From positions 1 to 40,255 of IMG/VR virus record IMGVR_UViG_3300017694_000009: 40,255 nt of DNA. The stretch is one strand, 5' to 3'. This DNA is from a virus. This document shows, piece by piece, positions 32,030 through 40,255 of the stretch. Made by a program: the position numbers and the translations under genes. Every line of letters begins with the position of its first letter. Position 1 is the stretch's first letter. A model generated the notes under the pieces. It searched no databases, was not told the DNA's origin, and saw only the letters and a list, made by a program, of their open reading frames with translations.

Positions 32030-32454
32030 GCAACGCGCTCCACTATTTCTACGGGGCCTTCGGCCTCGTATACATCATACCCTACAACATTGAAACCGCA
32101 CTGTCTATTGAACCAGCGGGCTTTGCGGTTAGCAAGGGGCGTTGCCCCCCATAAGCAATCGCAATATGTCGGCATCATCCACGCGACCATTTCCTTGGCG
32201 GTTTGTATCGCCTTCCTTCCGCGGCACATTGCGCCAAAGAATGTGTGAACCTGGTATTCTCTTGGGCCTGTTAGGCAAAAGCATCCCAAGGCATCTTCGT
32301 CGTTGGACAGGAAAACAATGCCGGATTCAGGATCGCACGCTTCCGTAAAATCCATTTCTACGGACATTGCGGGACGATAATCTATCCACGGGCGAACATC
32401 GTCGCTATTGCAGATATGGTTGATGAACGCGGGGCGCGTCTCTAGGCGTATCAC
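32023..32454 (-). CDS. Hypothetical virion-module protein (143 aa; weak GNAT-like C-terminal motif; position of P22 gp14)
   Basis: Overlaps both neighbours (4 nt and 7 nt). Visibly lower GC than the flanks. KARWFNRQCGFNVVGY resembles an acetyltransferase motif, but this is uncertain. Confidence 0.5.
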   Translation of the reverse strand: MIRLETRPAFINHICNSDDVRPWIDYRPAMSVEMDFTEACDPESGIVFLSNDEDALGCFCLTGPREYQVHTFFGAMCRGRKAIQTAKEMVAWMMPTYCDCLWGATPLANRKARWFNRQCGFNVVGYDVYEAEGPVEIVERVAW

Positions 32455-33047
32455 GGATCAACATACCCCGGTTGCCGTGGCCCATCACCGCCATCCGCCG
32501 TGCCCGTTGCCGGCACAGTAACCGCGCCAACTACATGGATGCCCATCCCTTGCGTCGGCTGCGTGGTGGAAGCGACATAGGTTACGGCACCCCCCGTCCG
32601 TGACGGGTCGTTGTAGGACACATAGGCCGCCGTCCCTGCCGCCGTAGCGGTCACAGTGCCAGCGTTTACCGACACAGACGTACCGTCTCCATATTTGCGC
32701 GTGTGAGCGGCCACGGAGATAAGTGTTGGCGTGGACGAAACAACCGACGATGGATCAATGTAGGAATTGACCAGCGCCTGTTCCTTGGCGTTCGCAGCCG
32801 CAGCCGCAGCCGCATTGTCTGCCGCCGCGTTGGCTGCGTCAGCAGCGGCTTGAGCATCCACTACCGCCGCCTGTGCGGCTTCCAGCGCCGCCTGAATCTC
32901 CGGCAATTGCTGGATGGCCAAGATGGCCTCTCCTAGCTGCTGGAAAATGTCATTCAGCCGCCGCAGGAATTCATTGGTGGCACGGCCCTCTTTGTCCACA
33001 ATCGGTTGAGATTGCGTGATGTGGGGGATGCGAAGGGGGGCGATCAC
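32451..33047 (-). CDS. Tail needle/plug-like coiled-coil protein (198 aa, putative)
   Basis: GTG at 33047 (GTGA coupling, SD GGAGG). Ala-rich coiled coil AALEAAQAAVVDAQAAADAANAAADNAAAAAAANAKEQ. Directly follows the gp10-like gene, as gp26 does in P22. Confidence 0.45.
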   Translation of the reverse strand: MIAPLRIPHITQSQPIVDKEGRATNEFLRRLNDIFQQLGEAILAIQQLPEIQAALEAAQAAVVDAQAAADAANAAADNAAAAAAANAKEQALVNSYIDPSSVVSSTPTLISVAAHTRKYGDGTSVSVNAGTVTATAAGTAAYVSYNDPSRTGGAVTYVASTTQPTQGMGIHVVGAVTVPATGTADGGDGPRQPGYVDP

Positions 33048-34381
33048 CTCCCGCCTCCCCAAGCCTGGTTGGCCACCATTCCCGCGACCCGCACGCGCAC
33101 GTTATCGCGGATGGTCACTTTGAATGTCCGGTATGGCTGATCGGGCTGGCCGAGGCGATACATGGTGGCGAAATCCAGCGGCGCCCGCACCGGCAAAGCA
33201 TCGGCATAGGCAGGATAATCATCCTGTCCATCCTTCCACAGCAACTCCACCTCCGTATCTGCGCTAGCGCCAACGCCAATCGTCAGGCTGTCATTACGTG
33301 GGGGGCGGCCAACGATCGGGATCGTTCCCGTCAGCACGCGTTCGAATGCCACGCCATCATCGTTGATAGCCGCGGGAGTCACGGACCACACGCGCCCATC
33401 CACGGATGATCCAGCCACAACAGTGGCATTCACCTCGTAGCCGACATGTGCCAACCACTCATCCTGTCCCGGCGATGCGAACTGGCACCATGCTGACGTG
33501 GCCGCATCGAAAGCAAATGTGCCTTGGCCGGGGATGCGGAGGACATAGAACTTGTGACCGTCTACCCCGAATACCCAGGCGGATAAACCGGAGCCGGCAA
33601 CACGCTTCCGAATTCTCTCTGCAATGCCGCTATCGGAGATGACCTGGGGCACCGCCCCGCCGCGGTAAACCTGTCCGTCGTCGCCCATCCACAACAAGCT
33701 ATTGTCGAAGCGGCGCACGGAGTCTCGCGCGAGACACCCGCGTTCATATTGGCGGCCAGATACGCGCTGGAAAGGAGCATCGGCATCGCCTGTCGATTGC
33801 CACACCTCCGTAATCTCTGTGCCGAACATCCACAGTTCGTCTACCAGCCTGCGCACGGCCACCAGCCCATCTGGGCTACTTTCGGCGGTGGCAAAATTGA
33901 GCGCATCAACCGTCGTTTCGCCGGGCTCGATCCAGTAGAAACGACCATCGTCGCAGGCGAGGATGATATAACCGTTCAGCTGCTCAATATCGGTCACCGT
34001 GCGGTTATCGGGCATTAGGACCGTCGTAAGCGTATCGGTGTAGAGATATACCGTTCCTTCAGCCAACACGGCAATCGCGAACGCCGTAGCGACGATCGGC
34101 GTATTGTCGATGCCGGGGATCGTGGCGGTTACGGCGTTGTCCAGATAGAGAGAGGTGCCCGCCACCGTTACCCGCTGGCCCGTCTTGCTGTTGAAAGCCA
34201 TGCCGCGAACCTTGCCACCAAGCGTGGCCATCGTGACAAGCCCCGGCCGCTGGATGCGCATGGTGCCATCCGGCGAAAGCCCCGTAGGATCTTTCTCCAG
34301 ATACATGTTGCGACACTCTACCTCCGGCACGAAGCCGTCCTCGCGCTTGTAGGCGGAGATGCCGAGGGGGATAATGGGCAT
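33044..34381 (-). CDS. P22 gp10-like tail hub / packaged-DNA stabilisation protein (Phage_stabilise family)
   Basis: MPIIPL... N-terminus and TAESSPDGLVAVRRLVDELWMFGTEITEVWQSTG, compared with P22 gp10 RAESQPDGIIGIGTWRDFIVCFGSSTIEYFSLTG (recalled from memory). Confidence 0.6.
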   Translation of the reverse strand: MPIIPLGISAYKREDGFVPEVECRNMYLEKDPTGLSPDGTMRIQRPGLVTMATLGGKVRGMAFNSKTGQRVTVAGTSLYLDNAVTATIPGIDNTPIVATAFAIAVLAEGTVYLYTDTLTTVLMPDNRTVTDIEQLNGYIILACDDGRFYWIEPGETTVDALNFATAESSPDGLVAVRRLVDELWMFGTEITEVWQSTGDADAPFQRVSGRQYERGCLARDSVRRFDNSLLWMGDDGQVYRGGAVPQVISDSGIAERIRKRVAGSGLSAWVFGVDGHKFYVLRIPGQGTFAFDAATSAWCQFASPGQDEWLAHVGYEVNATVVAGSSVDGRVWSVTPAAINDDGVAFERVLTGTIPIVGRPPRNDSLTIGVGASADTEVELLWKDGQDDYPAYADALPVRAPLDFATMYRLGQPDQPYRTFKVTIRDNVRVRVAGMVANQAWGGGR

Positions 34382-36159
34382 TACGGAAGCGCTTGCACAA
34401 CAGCATCCGGCACATCGGACGAGCCTATAACAATCTTGCTGATGGGGGCGTTTGCAAAACTCGCCCCAAGGAAATGCCCGATATCCAAACGATTCATGGT
34501 TGTGCGAGTCGCATAAGCACCTTCGCTGACGATGAGGCTCCCATTGCCATAAGCTGTAATCGTGTTGAGGCGACGACGCAGGCTCATGCGTGTAGGGCCG
34601 CCAGCAGTAGGCGCGCTCGATGCGCCGCCTCCTGAGGCAGATACAAAATCCCCAAAACGCAAGGAATTGTCAGAAACCCGGCGAAGACTTGTCGAGTTTG
34701 ATCCGGTACCATCAGACAAAGCGGCAAAATAACGATCCGACCCGCTCTCTGCCGGCAAGATCGCGGATGCGGCAAGAGTGAACGGCGCGCCGATAAGAGC
34801 GCCATTCACCGTCATAACATCGGCAGATCGGGTAACTGTTGCATTGGTAGTTATGATTGGACTGGTAGAGAAACCCCCTGAAGTCACATCTACCTGAGAA
34901 AACCACACGCCGCTCGCCGCATCTCCCACGATCTGGTTCGTGATGCCCGAGAAAGAGCCGCCGTTCGGCGCATTGGGGTTTGTAGCCAATCCAATCCGAA
35001 TTCCATATTCGGCGGCCGTGGCCGTGAATGTCACGTCTATACGGTAAACACCATTGCCTACGAAGGTAGATTTCGCAGCTGTGGCTGTGCCGGGCAAAGA
35101 ATTTCCATTAGACAAATCGAAATACGAGATGCCGCCATTCGACCCTGCTCCGATTTGCTGAATAAAGGCATAATTATAGCCTGCCGCACGTGCGTAGACT
35201 GTAACGTTTTTTAGTCCGCCAGACGCATCTCCGAATCCCACCCATACAAGACGGTGAAATTGAGAGCCGTTAGCAGCTGGAGAAGACACCAACTTAGTCA
35301 TCGTTGCTGGCCCGAACGGACCCGCCAGCCCATTGGCAATGACCGAGTTGCCTGTTTCCTTTTGGACATTGGTAAAATCGTTGGATGGAAAAGCCAAGTT
35401 AGTTCGCGCTTCCTCCGCCAGATAACCGAGGGGGGAAAGGGTTACGGGGTCGTAAACGAATCGCGGGTTGCCATTCGAACGCTGAATGATGCCATCTGAT
35501 CCGGTAAATGTAGCGGCCCCGGCCGCAGGGCCGGTATATGAATAGCCTGGGATAGATGTCAGAAGGGTGGGGACGCCTCCAGCCAAGTAAGTCTGATTTA
35601 TGAAATCCAGATCAAACGCGGCAATTGACGCAATGATGCTAAAAGAACTGGACGCAACCGTCCCTGAAACGTCCGTTCCAGTAATAATAATGCCCGTAAC
35701 TGATTGAGAGCCCGTCCGCCCATAAATCTGGCCAGTATCCGGGTTGAGTGCCAACCCCAGAGGCAACGGCTTGTTGACCGTGAAGTGTCGCGTGCCAAGT
35801 CCGCCTGTCACTAGCGGCGTGTAAGAATAATCCTGCCCGACTATAGCAGCGGGAGGCGTGCCCGGCGTGATCGACAAAGCGGTAGGAGCGGTCACCGTTA
35901 CCCCAACGGTATTAGCCACCACCGTTCCCGAAGGAAACGTCTTTTCAAAAAACGTGATCGTAGGCGTTCCGGCCACACGATAGCGGCCAATCAACTCGTA
36001 ATCCATCAGGCCCGTAGTCGCGTTGCGGACCCACCGCGTGGTTAGCACCTCTCCATCAGAAGACAGCGCAACAACCGAAGACCGATCTCCATAGCCGGTC
36101 ATGACGGACTCAAAGCGATCACCGCGGATGAAGGACGTAACACTAAGAGAAATCGCCAT
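34381..36159 (-). CDS. Tail fibre / receptor-binding protein with Ig-like (He_PIG-type) domain
   Basis: ITPGTPPAAIVGQDYSYTPLVTGGLGTRHFTVNKPLPLGLALNPDTGQIYG, then LDFINQTY...NPRFVYDP...GYLAEEARTNL, typical of alphaproteobacterial phage fibres. Confidence 0.55.
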   Translation of the reverse strand: MAISLSVTSFIRGDRFESVMTGYGDRSSVVALSSDGEVLTTRWVRNATTGLMDYELIGRYRVAGTPTITFFEKTFPSGTVVANTVGVTVTAPTALSITPGTPPAAIVGQDYSYTPLVTGGLGTRHFTVNKPLPLGLALNPDTGQIYGRTGSQSVTGIIITGTDVSGTVASSSFSIIASIAAFDLDFINQTYLAGGVPTLLTSIPGYSYTGPAAGAATFTGSDGIIQRSNGNPRFVYDPVTLSPLGYLAEEARTNLAFPSNDFTNVQKETGNSVIANGLAGPFGPATMTKLVSSPAANGSQFHRLVWVGFGDASGGLKNVTVYARAAGYNYAFIQQIGAGSNGGISYFDLSNGNSLPGTATAAKSTFVGNGVYRIDVTFTATAAEYGIRIGLATNPNAPNGGSFSGITNQIVGDAASGVWFSQVDVTSGGFSTSPIITTNATVTRSADVMTVNGALIGAPFTLAASAILPAESGSDRYFAALSDGTGSNSTSLRRVSDNSLRFGDFVSASGGGASSAPTAGGPTRMSLRRRLNTITAYGNGSLIVSEGAYATRTTMNRLDIGHFLGASFANAPISKIVIGSSDVPDAVVQALP

Positions 36160-36180
36160 GCGCGGAGCCCTTATGAATTG

Positions 36181-36194
36181 GGTATCAGAATACC
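36181..36194. repeat. Copy C of the hairpin motif (GGTAT-CAGA-ATACC; central 4 nt inverted relative to A and B)
   Basis: 21 nt upstream of the fibre ATG at 36159, followed by CATAAGGG. Confidence 0.8.
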
Positions 36195-36195
36195 A

Positions 36196-37848
36196 CTAAG
36201 AAGGATCGGGCGCAAATGTTCCTGCGGTCAGCGCGCCGCCGGTTTGGCCGAACGGAAACTGAGTAAACCGGCCTTTGGTAATGTTCGTGGGGCCGGGAAG
36301 GTTAGTCAGGCCAAACTTGGTGCCGTTGCCTGAAATGCCAAAAGCATCCACTACGCTTGCCGTTTTAATGCCGTTAATGCCGCCACCGAACCGGGTCTGG
36401 TCAACATCTACATAAGACGATGACCCACCAATCGCGATACCGGCACAAAGCTGGTCACCAGAGTTGGCACAATTATAGCCAGTGATAATCGCAGGCGAAA
36501 GATTACTGTCCCCAAGCCCCAGCAGCACGGCACCACCGCCCAACACATCGCGGATAACCGTGCCCGGCATAGTCAGCGTGCGAAGGCTGTTTCCGCCATC
36601 GGCTGCGGGCAGGATACGAACGCCATTGATGGCGCAAATCTGGCCACTGATGCGGCTGGATACGATATCCAGTCCATCCGGCATCGGCGCCCCATTGCCT
36701 CGATATGCCGACACCAGATAGTTGTTGCACTCATCGATATTGACGCCAACAAAGCGCCCATTGATGATGTAGTCCGATGCGGTCACGGGCCGCAGGGTTA
36801 CAGAATCATCCGCAGCGCCACCAATGAACCCGCCGAAAACTGCATAATCCTCGCACGACCGTACAAGCAGGCCATAGCGAGGCCCGATGCGGCGCGTAAC
36901 CTGTACGGTTTTCTCCTGCACCACGACATCACGGCGGCCAGTCGAGATGTTGCCGATCAGCGTAGGAGCGATGATGGTGACATTCTTGTTGTAGCCGTAG
37001 CCCGTGGACGAGCCCAGATTGATCTGGGCGATTGTCTCTTGCGCAGAAGCAAGCGCAGGGTCCCAAACGCCTCCTAAGAAGAACGGGCTGTCAATCGTGA
37101 CTGCTACGCAGCCATAAAGACTGATGCCATATACCGCGCCCCAACCACCAATCGCACGTAGTGTGACACCTTGGCCGCCGTGGATCTCCAGATGGCTTTC
37201 GCCATTGGTTAGGCGGTTGGGTAGTGCGGAGCCTTCGGTATATTGTCCTGGCCCGCGGCCGTCATGCAGCATCCAAAGATTATCGATCGTGCAACCACCA
37301 GCGCCCCCTCCAGAGGGGTTAGGATTGCCGACACGAATCGTAGCGCCCGTGCATGTCTGACTGCGGAAAATGGGCGTTGCTTGAATACCGCCAAGACACG
37401 CAAAGCGCGATCCGGCCTGTGGGATCTGCACAGTCGCCCGAATGTCCAAAAAGCCCACGTCTGGACTGACGCACACGCCACGGCGTGAAGCAAATGCGGC
37501 GTTGAGCGACACCTGATCGCCAACGTAGCCGGGCTGTGTCCGCGCCCTCAACACATCGTTGGTGGCGTCGTACAGACCGCTGACGTTGGTGATCGGCGCA
37601 ACGGCTGTGCGAATGTCCGCAATGTCCGTCTGCCGCAGCACGCCGCCACGAGACACCGCCAGGACATCCGTGTCCAGCAGCGTACCAGCATCTGGAAATT
37701 TCTCAATACCGCCAGGGAAGATGGCGCCGCGCAACGTCGGCAGATCGGTCTTACGCCAACGCCCCTCGCGAGAAAGCGTCAGTAGATCGCTATCGAGGAT
37801 GCCGCCAGCGTCGGGAAGCTGGTTGACGACGTTGCGGAGCAGGCTCAC
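36196..37848 (-). CDS. Tail fibre/tailspike protein with duplicated 33-aa N-terminal module
   Basis: GTG start (GTGA coupling). LPDAGGILDSDLLTLSREGRWRKTDLPTLRGAI and FPDAGTLLDTDVLAVSRGGVLRQTDIADIRTAV. The body is Gly-rich and beta-helix-like. Confidence 0.5.
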   Translation of the reverse strand: MSLLRNVVNQLPDAGGILDSDLLTLSREGRWRKTDLPTLRGAIFPGGIEKFPDAGTLLDTDVLAVSRGGVLRQTDIADIRTAVAPITNVSGLYDATNDVLRARTQPGYVGDQVSLNAAFASRRGVCVSPDVGFLDIRATVQIPQAGSRFACLGGIQATPIFRSQTCTGATIRVGNPNPSGGGAGGCTIDNLWMLHDGRGPGQYTEGSALPNRLTNGESHLEIHGGQGVTLRAIGGWGAVYGISLYGCVAVTIDSPFFLGGVWDPALASAQETIAQINLGSSTGYGYNKNVTIIAPTLIGNISTGRRDVVVQEKTVQVTRRIGPRYGLLVRSCEDYAVFGGFIGGAADDSVTLRPVTASDYIINGRFVGVNIDECNNYLVSAYRGNGAPMPDGLDIVSSRISGQICAINGVRILPAADGGNSLRTLTMPGTVIRDVLGGGAVLLGLGDSNLSPAIITGYNCANSGDQLCAGIAIGGSSSYVDVDQTRFGGGINGIKTASVVDAFGISGNGTKFGLTNLPGPTNITKGRFTQFPFGQTGGALTAGTFAPDPS

Positions 37849-38474
37849 GCAACGTCACTCCGCGCAACGGCGATAATGGAAAATCTGGTTCCGACAACCG
37901 AGGCCGCGAACAGATTGAAGACACCGCCAAGCAGAAGTGTTGCCAAGTTCTGCGGCACAGTCTGCGCCTTCCAAACACGCACCATGCATCCGGTATAACT
38001 ACCGGCGGGCGCGTCTGGCAGTGCTGCGGTCGGCCCTTTGGTCCACGCAATGACCTTTGCCTGAGTGGGCTGCGCAGCCGCCGCTGTATCGCCTGCATCG
38101 GGCGTGGTCGTATTGGGGGTTGGCGGCAATTCTTGATACACAATGCCCGGCTCATTGGTAAAGGCTCGGGTAAAGCTGATTGCGGCCGTATTACCAGACG
38201 AAACGCTGCTGGCGGTCGTGCTGGTCAGCCGAGGATGCTGGTGGCCATCCAACGAATAGACCTTGGGGTCGCTACCAACGGCAGGCGTTGTGGCTTCCGC
38301 CTTAGGCGCTGCTGTAGCGGGCGAAGGCATGCCTGCCAACGCCGTAGTAGCTTTGGTATCGGCGCCGGTGGCAAGCGCCGTCAGTGCGGCCAAATCGACG
38401 CTGGACGCAGGAATAGCTACATCGCGCGTCTCGCCACGCACATCGGGAATCTCGAAACGCGGCGTGGTCGCCAT
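37845..38474 (-). CDS. Virion structural protein (209 aa, putative)
   Basis: The ATG at 38474 overlaps the upstream TGA by 1 nt. The 71 extra N-terminal codons in the track ORF are Arg/Gly-rich and lie inside the upstream gene. Confidence 0.5.
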   Translation of the reverse strand: MATTPRFEIPDVRGETRDVAIPASSVDLAALTALATGADTKATTALAGMPSPATAAPKAEATTPAVGSDPKVYSLDGHQHPRLTSTTASSVSSGNTAAISFTRAFTNEPGIVYQELPPTPNTTTPDAGDTAAAAQPTQAKVIAWTKGPTAALPDAPAGSYTGCMVRVWKAQTVPQNLATLLLGGVFNLFAASVVGTRFSIIAVARSDVA

Positions 38475-39139
38475 CACATATACACTCCCGCTGTGGGTTG
38501 CCGCTCCATGCCGAAGCGAGAGATGGCCGCGGTCTTGTAACGCGCGGCCTGTTGCAAAATCATGGGCGACAGATCCGCGCCGAACTGGTCCGCCACCTCC
38601 ATCGCCAGCACCGCCATCAGCCCTTGCGGGTCTGCGTGCGAGCGCGGCGCTTCTGCGTCCAACGCCATGCCGTCGATCATCTGCCACTTCTGCGTGGCGC
38701 CGTCGTACAGAAAATCGCGCGTCAGCCCGGAACAGGCATCGTTAATGATGACCACCGAGCCATCCCGCGGCGTGGTAATGCCGCACGCAGGCGCCACATA
38801 ATTTACGTCCAGCACCAAGTCGTCATAGACGTGACTGTTGAATGATCGATCCCAACAATCCCACACGCCCCACCAGCCGCGGTCAACGACGGACGGCAGA
38901 ACGATCTGCCCCACCTCTTCTTCGCGGCGGTAGATGCGAGTGTTGGGGGTGGCGGTATAGGTCGCGCCCGTAGCGATCAGATCATGCACCCGCCCGAACG
39001 CGCCAGAAGCGATCATCGAACGATACAGACCCACCAGCGCGGACAGTGTATCCTGCTGATCGGCAAGGCGTGGCTCGCGACCACCGCCAAGACGGCCCAG
39101 CTTCCTCAGGGCGCCATTGACGATATCGCGAGCCAACAT
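38474..39139 (-). CDS. Head-to-tail adaptor (T7 gp11 / P22 gp4 role, putative)
   Basis: ATG at 39139, 1 nt after the upstream stop. N-terminus DIVNGALRKLGRLGGGREP..ADQQDTLSALVGLYRSMIASG mirrors the gp11 N-terminal pattern. Confidence 0.45.
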   Translation of the reverse strand: MLARDIVNGALRKLGRLGGGREPRLADQQDTLSALVGLYRSMIASGAFGRVHDLIATGATYTATPNTRIYRREEEVGQIVLPSVVDRGWWGVWDCWDRSFNSHVYDDLVLDVNYVAPACGITTPRDGSVVIINDACSGLTRDFLYDGATQKWQMIDGMALDAEAPRSHADPQGLMAVLAMEVADQFGADLSPMILQQAARYKTAAISRFGMERQPTAGVYM

Positions 39140-39140
39140 G

Positions 39141-39482
39141 TTAAGCGTCAGCCTTGGGGGCAGTCGCCCTGTCCAACGCATTCCGAAGCGTATCGACCGA
39201 AGCATTGGCGCGATACTTCACGCCAAGTTCGTCAAGCTGCTTCTTCAGCGCCTCTTCCTCGTTCTCTTCGCCCGCGTCCACCGGATCGGGTTCTTCGTCC
39301 TCAACGGAGAACGAGGGGTTGTTGTAGATGGTATCGTAGGCATCGATACCCTCTACATAAAGATTGGCCGGCACGCGCGTTTCTTCGCCCTTGATGAAGC
39401 GCAGACCAAACATGTGGATCATCTGTGCCTGGGGATCGCCATCCCCATTCCACGTCGCCTTGAAGGACTTGCGATTTGCCAT
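39141..39482 (-). CDS. Hypothetical virion-module protein (113 aa) with acidic linker and HeH/SAP-like C-terminus
   Basis: ORF track. LKKQLDELGVKYRANASVDTLRNAL. Confidence 0.5.
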   Translation of the reverse strand: MANRKSFKATWNGDGDPQAQMIHMFGLRFIKGEETRVPANLYVEGIDAYDTIYNNPSFSVEDEEPDPVDAGEENEEEALKKQLDELGVKYRANASVDTLRNALDRATAPKADA

Positions 39483-39528
39483 ACTAAACTCCTTGCGTTA
39501 AGCGGGTTAGTCTGACATAACCCTTCTT

Positions 39529-40044
39529 ATGGAAAACGAAGAATGGCGTCGGGTGCCAGAATACCCGAGATACGAAGCTAGCACAATGGGTAGGTTGCGC
39601 GGCCCTCGTGGGATAGTCAATGGGAATGTCAACGTTCACGGATATGTTCGCGTCACTATCCGCACTGGCGATTCTTCCAAAGGGCGCGATATCACCAACG
39701 TGGGCAGAGGCGTTGAGCGCAAGCTTCATAGGCTTGTTTGCTCCGCTTTTCATGAAAACCCTTTTTGCAAAGAGACAGTCAATCACATTGACGGGAACAA
39801 GCTTAATAACCGTCCGGACAACCTAGAATGGATGACAACCGTAGAAAACGTTTTGGATAATGTTCTGAGACTTGGAAATAAGGTGAAAGATTCGAACAAG
39901 CCTTACCTCACTCCCGAGGAAGTGAGGGCGATAAGGCTGGCGCACGCCAATGGCGAGAACCGAAACCAAATCGCTAAAAGGCTTGGTCGAAACTACGGTC
40001 ACATCAACGATATCATCCTAAGAAAAACGTGGAAGCATATTTAG
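39529..40044 (+). CDS. HNH homing endonuclease (NUMOD4 + HNH_3 + C-terminal HTH-like), antisense within the late operon
   Basis: ENEEWRRVPEYPRYEASTMGRL, HRLVCSAFH...VNHIDGNKLNNRPDNLEW.TTVEN. Its stop overlaps the stop of the convergent CDS by 4 nt. Confidence 0.8.
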   Translation: MENEEWRRVPEYPRYEASTMGRLRGPRGIVNGNVNVHGYVRVTIRTGDSSKGRDITNVGRGVERKLHRLVCSAFHENPFCKETVNHIDGNKLNNRPDNLEWMTTVENVLDNVLRLGNKVKDSNKPYLTPEEVRAIRLAHANGENRNQIAKRLGRNYGHINDIILRKTWKHI

Positions 40045-40255
40045 CTTGGCTCTTCCACGAGAAACTCCAGATACACCACGATGGTACCGCCGGTAACGCC
40101 CGTGGTGGGCGCGGTGCCCACCGTCAGCAGCACTTCGGTAAAGCCTGCCGTGACGTAATCGGTGCCGGCAAACGCCAGCGTGCGATCGACGCCACCACCC
40201 GTGCGGCCCACGGTGGACCCCGAGAAGAACAGCGCAGGCGTACCGACGATGCCGA
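40041..40255 (-). CDS. C-terminal part of the 146-aa wrap-around virion protein (unique part 40041..40132; 40133..40255 duplicates 1..123)
   Basis: Hand translation across the junction: ...GFTEVLLTVGTAPTTGVTGGTIVVYLEFLVEEPS, then stop. Confidence 0.6.
   Translation of the reverse strand, partial: GIVGTPALFFSGSTVGRTGGGVDRTLAFAGTDYVTAGFTEVLLTVGTAPTTGVTGGTIVVYLEFLVEEPS
40133..40255. repeat. Second copy of the 123-bp terminal repeat
   Basis: Identical to 1..123. Confidence 0.9.

Noticed and set aside
37845-38687. The long 280-aa version of the structural gene (track ORF) and the long 243-aa version of the adaptor gene (38474..39205).
   Set aside because: The N-terminal extensions are Arg/Gly-rich and lie entirely within the preceding genes. 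Internal ATGs at 38474 and 39139 sit exactly at the upstream stop codons, which is the coupling pattern used throughout the operon.
39330-39356. The hairpin ggtatcg-taggcat-cgatacc, which resembles the GGTAT/ATACC motif.
   Set aside because: It lies inside the 39141..39482 CDS. It has different arm length and spacing (7-bp arms, 7-nt loop) and no flanking similarity to the three intergenic copies. It is probably coincidental.
1-40255. A temperate lifestyle, a prophage with att sites, or a CRISPR array.
   Set aside because: No integrase, recombinase, excisionase or partition gene is recognisable in any frame. The only long direct repeat is the 123-bp terminal overlap, which lies inside a CDS. 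No regularly spaced repeat-spacer array is visible. Lifestyle is left open rather than asserted.

Overview
The window is a complete, circularly closed dsDNA phage genome of about 40.13 kb. Bases 1..123 are repeated exactly at 40133..40255, and one CDS runs across that junction. It is GC-rich, about 60% or more by eye, with a few visibly AT-richer islands.

Genome layout: two divergent arms start at a dyad-symmetric promoter region at 11864..11897 and converge at about 23950..24000.
- Minus arm (11837 down to 1, then 40132 down to 24000): a Cro-like HTH, a primase fused to a DUF3987-type helicase, and a chain of translationally coupled small early genes. These are followed by small and large terminase, portal, scaffold, major capsid, adaptor, two tail fibre/spike genes, a P22 gp10-like hub, a needle-like protein, ejection-type proteins, a pectate-lyase-like tailspike and a lysis cassette.
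- Plus arm (11927..23927): a Sak4-like ATPase, a DUF669-type SSB, a YqaJ exonuclease, an SF2 helicase, a VRR-NUC nuclease, an ASCH protein, a Lar-like protein and many small ORFs.

I recognised no DNA polymerase, RNA polymerase, integrase, rRNA, canonical tRNA or CRISPR array. Two free-standing HNH homing-endonuclease genes are present.

Most unusual observations:
1. A 430-bp non-coding gap between portal and scaffold holds tRNA T-arm mimics antisense to the late operon, with promoter-like and terminator-like signals of their own.
2. A 14-16-nt palindromic hairpin occurs three times, upstream of the scaffold gene and two tail-fibre/spike genes.
3. The early divergent promoters overlap face to face.
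4. A 22/24-bp inverted repeat flanks an AT-rich spacer next to the primase gene.
5. A 12-bp hairpin sequesters the SD of one HNH gene.
6. An 11-nt homopolymer sits inside an ejection-protein gene.

All family names come from reading motifs in the translations; no database search was run. Many starts were refined from the ORF track using ATGA/GTGA coupling and SD motifs.
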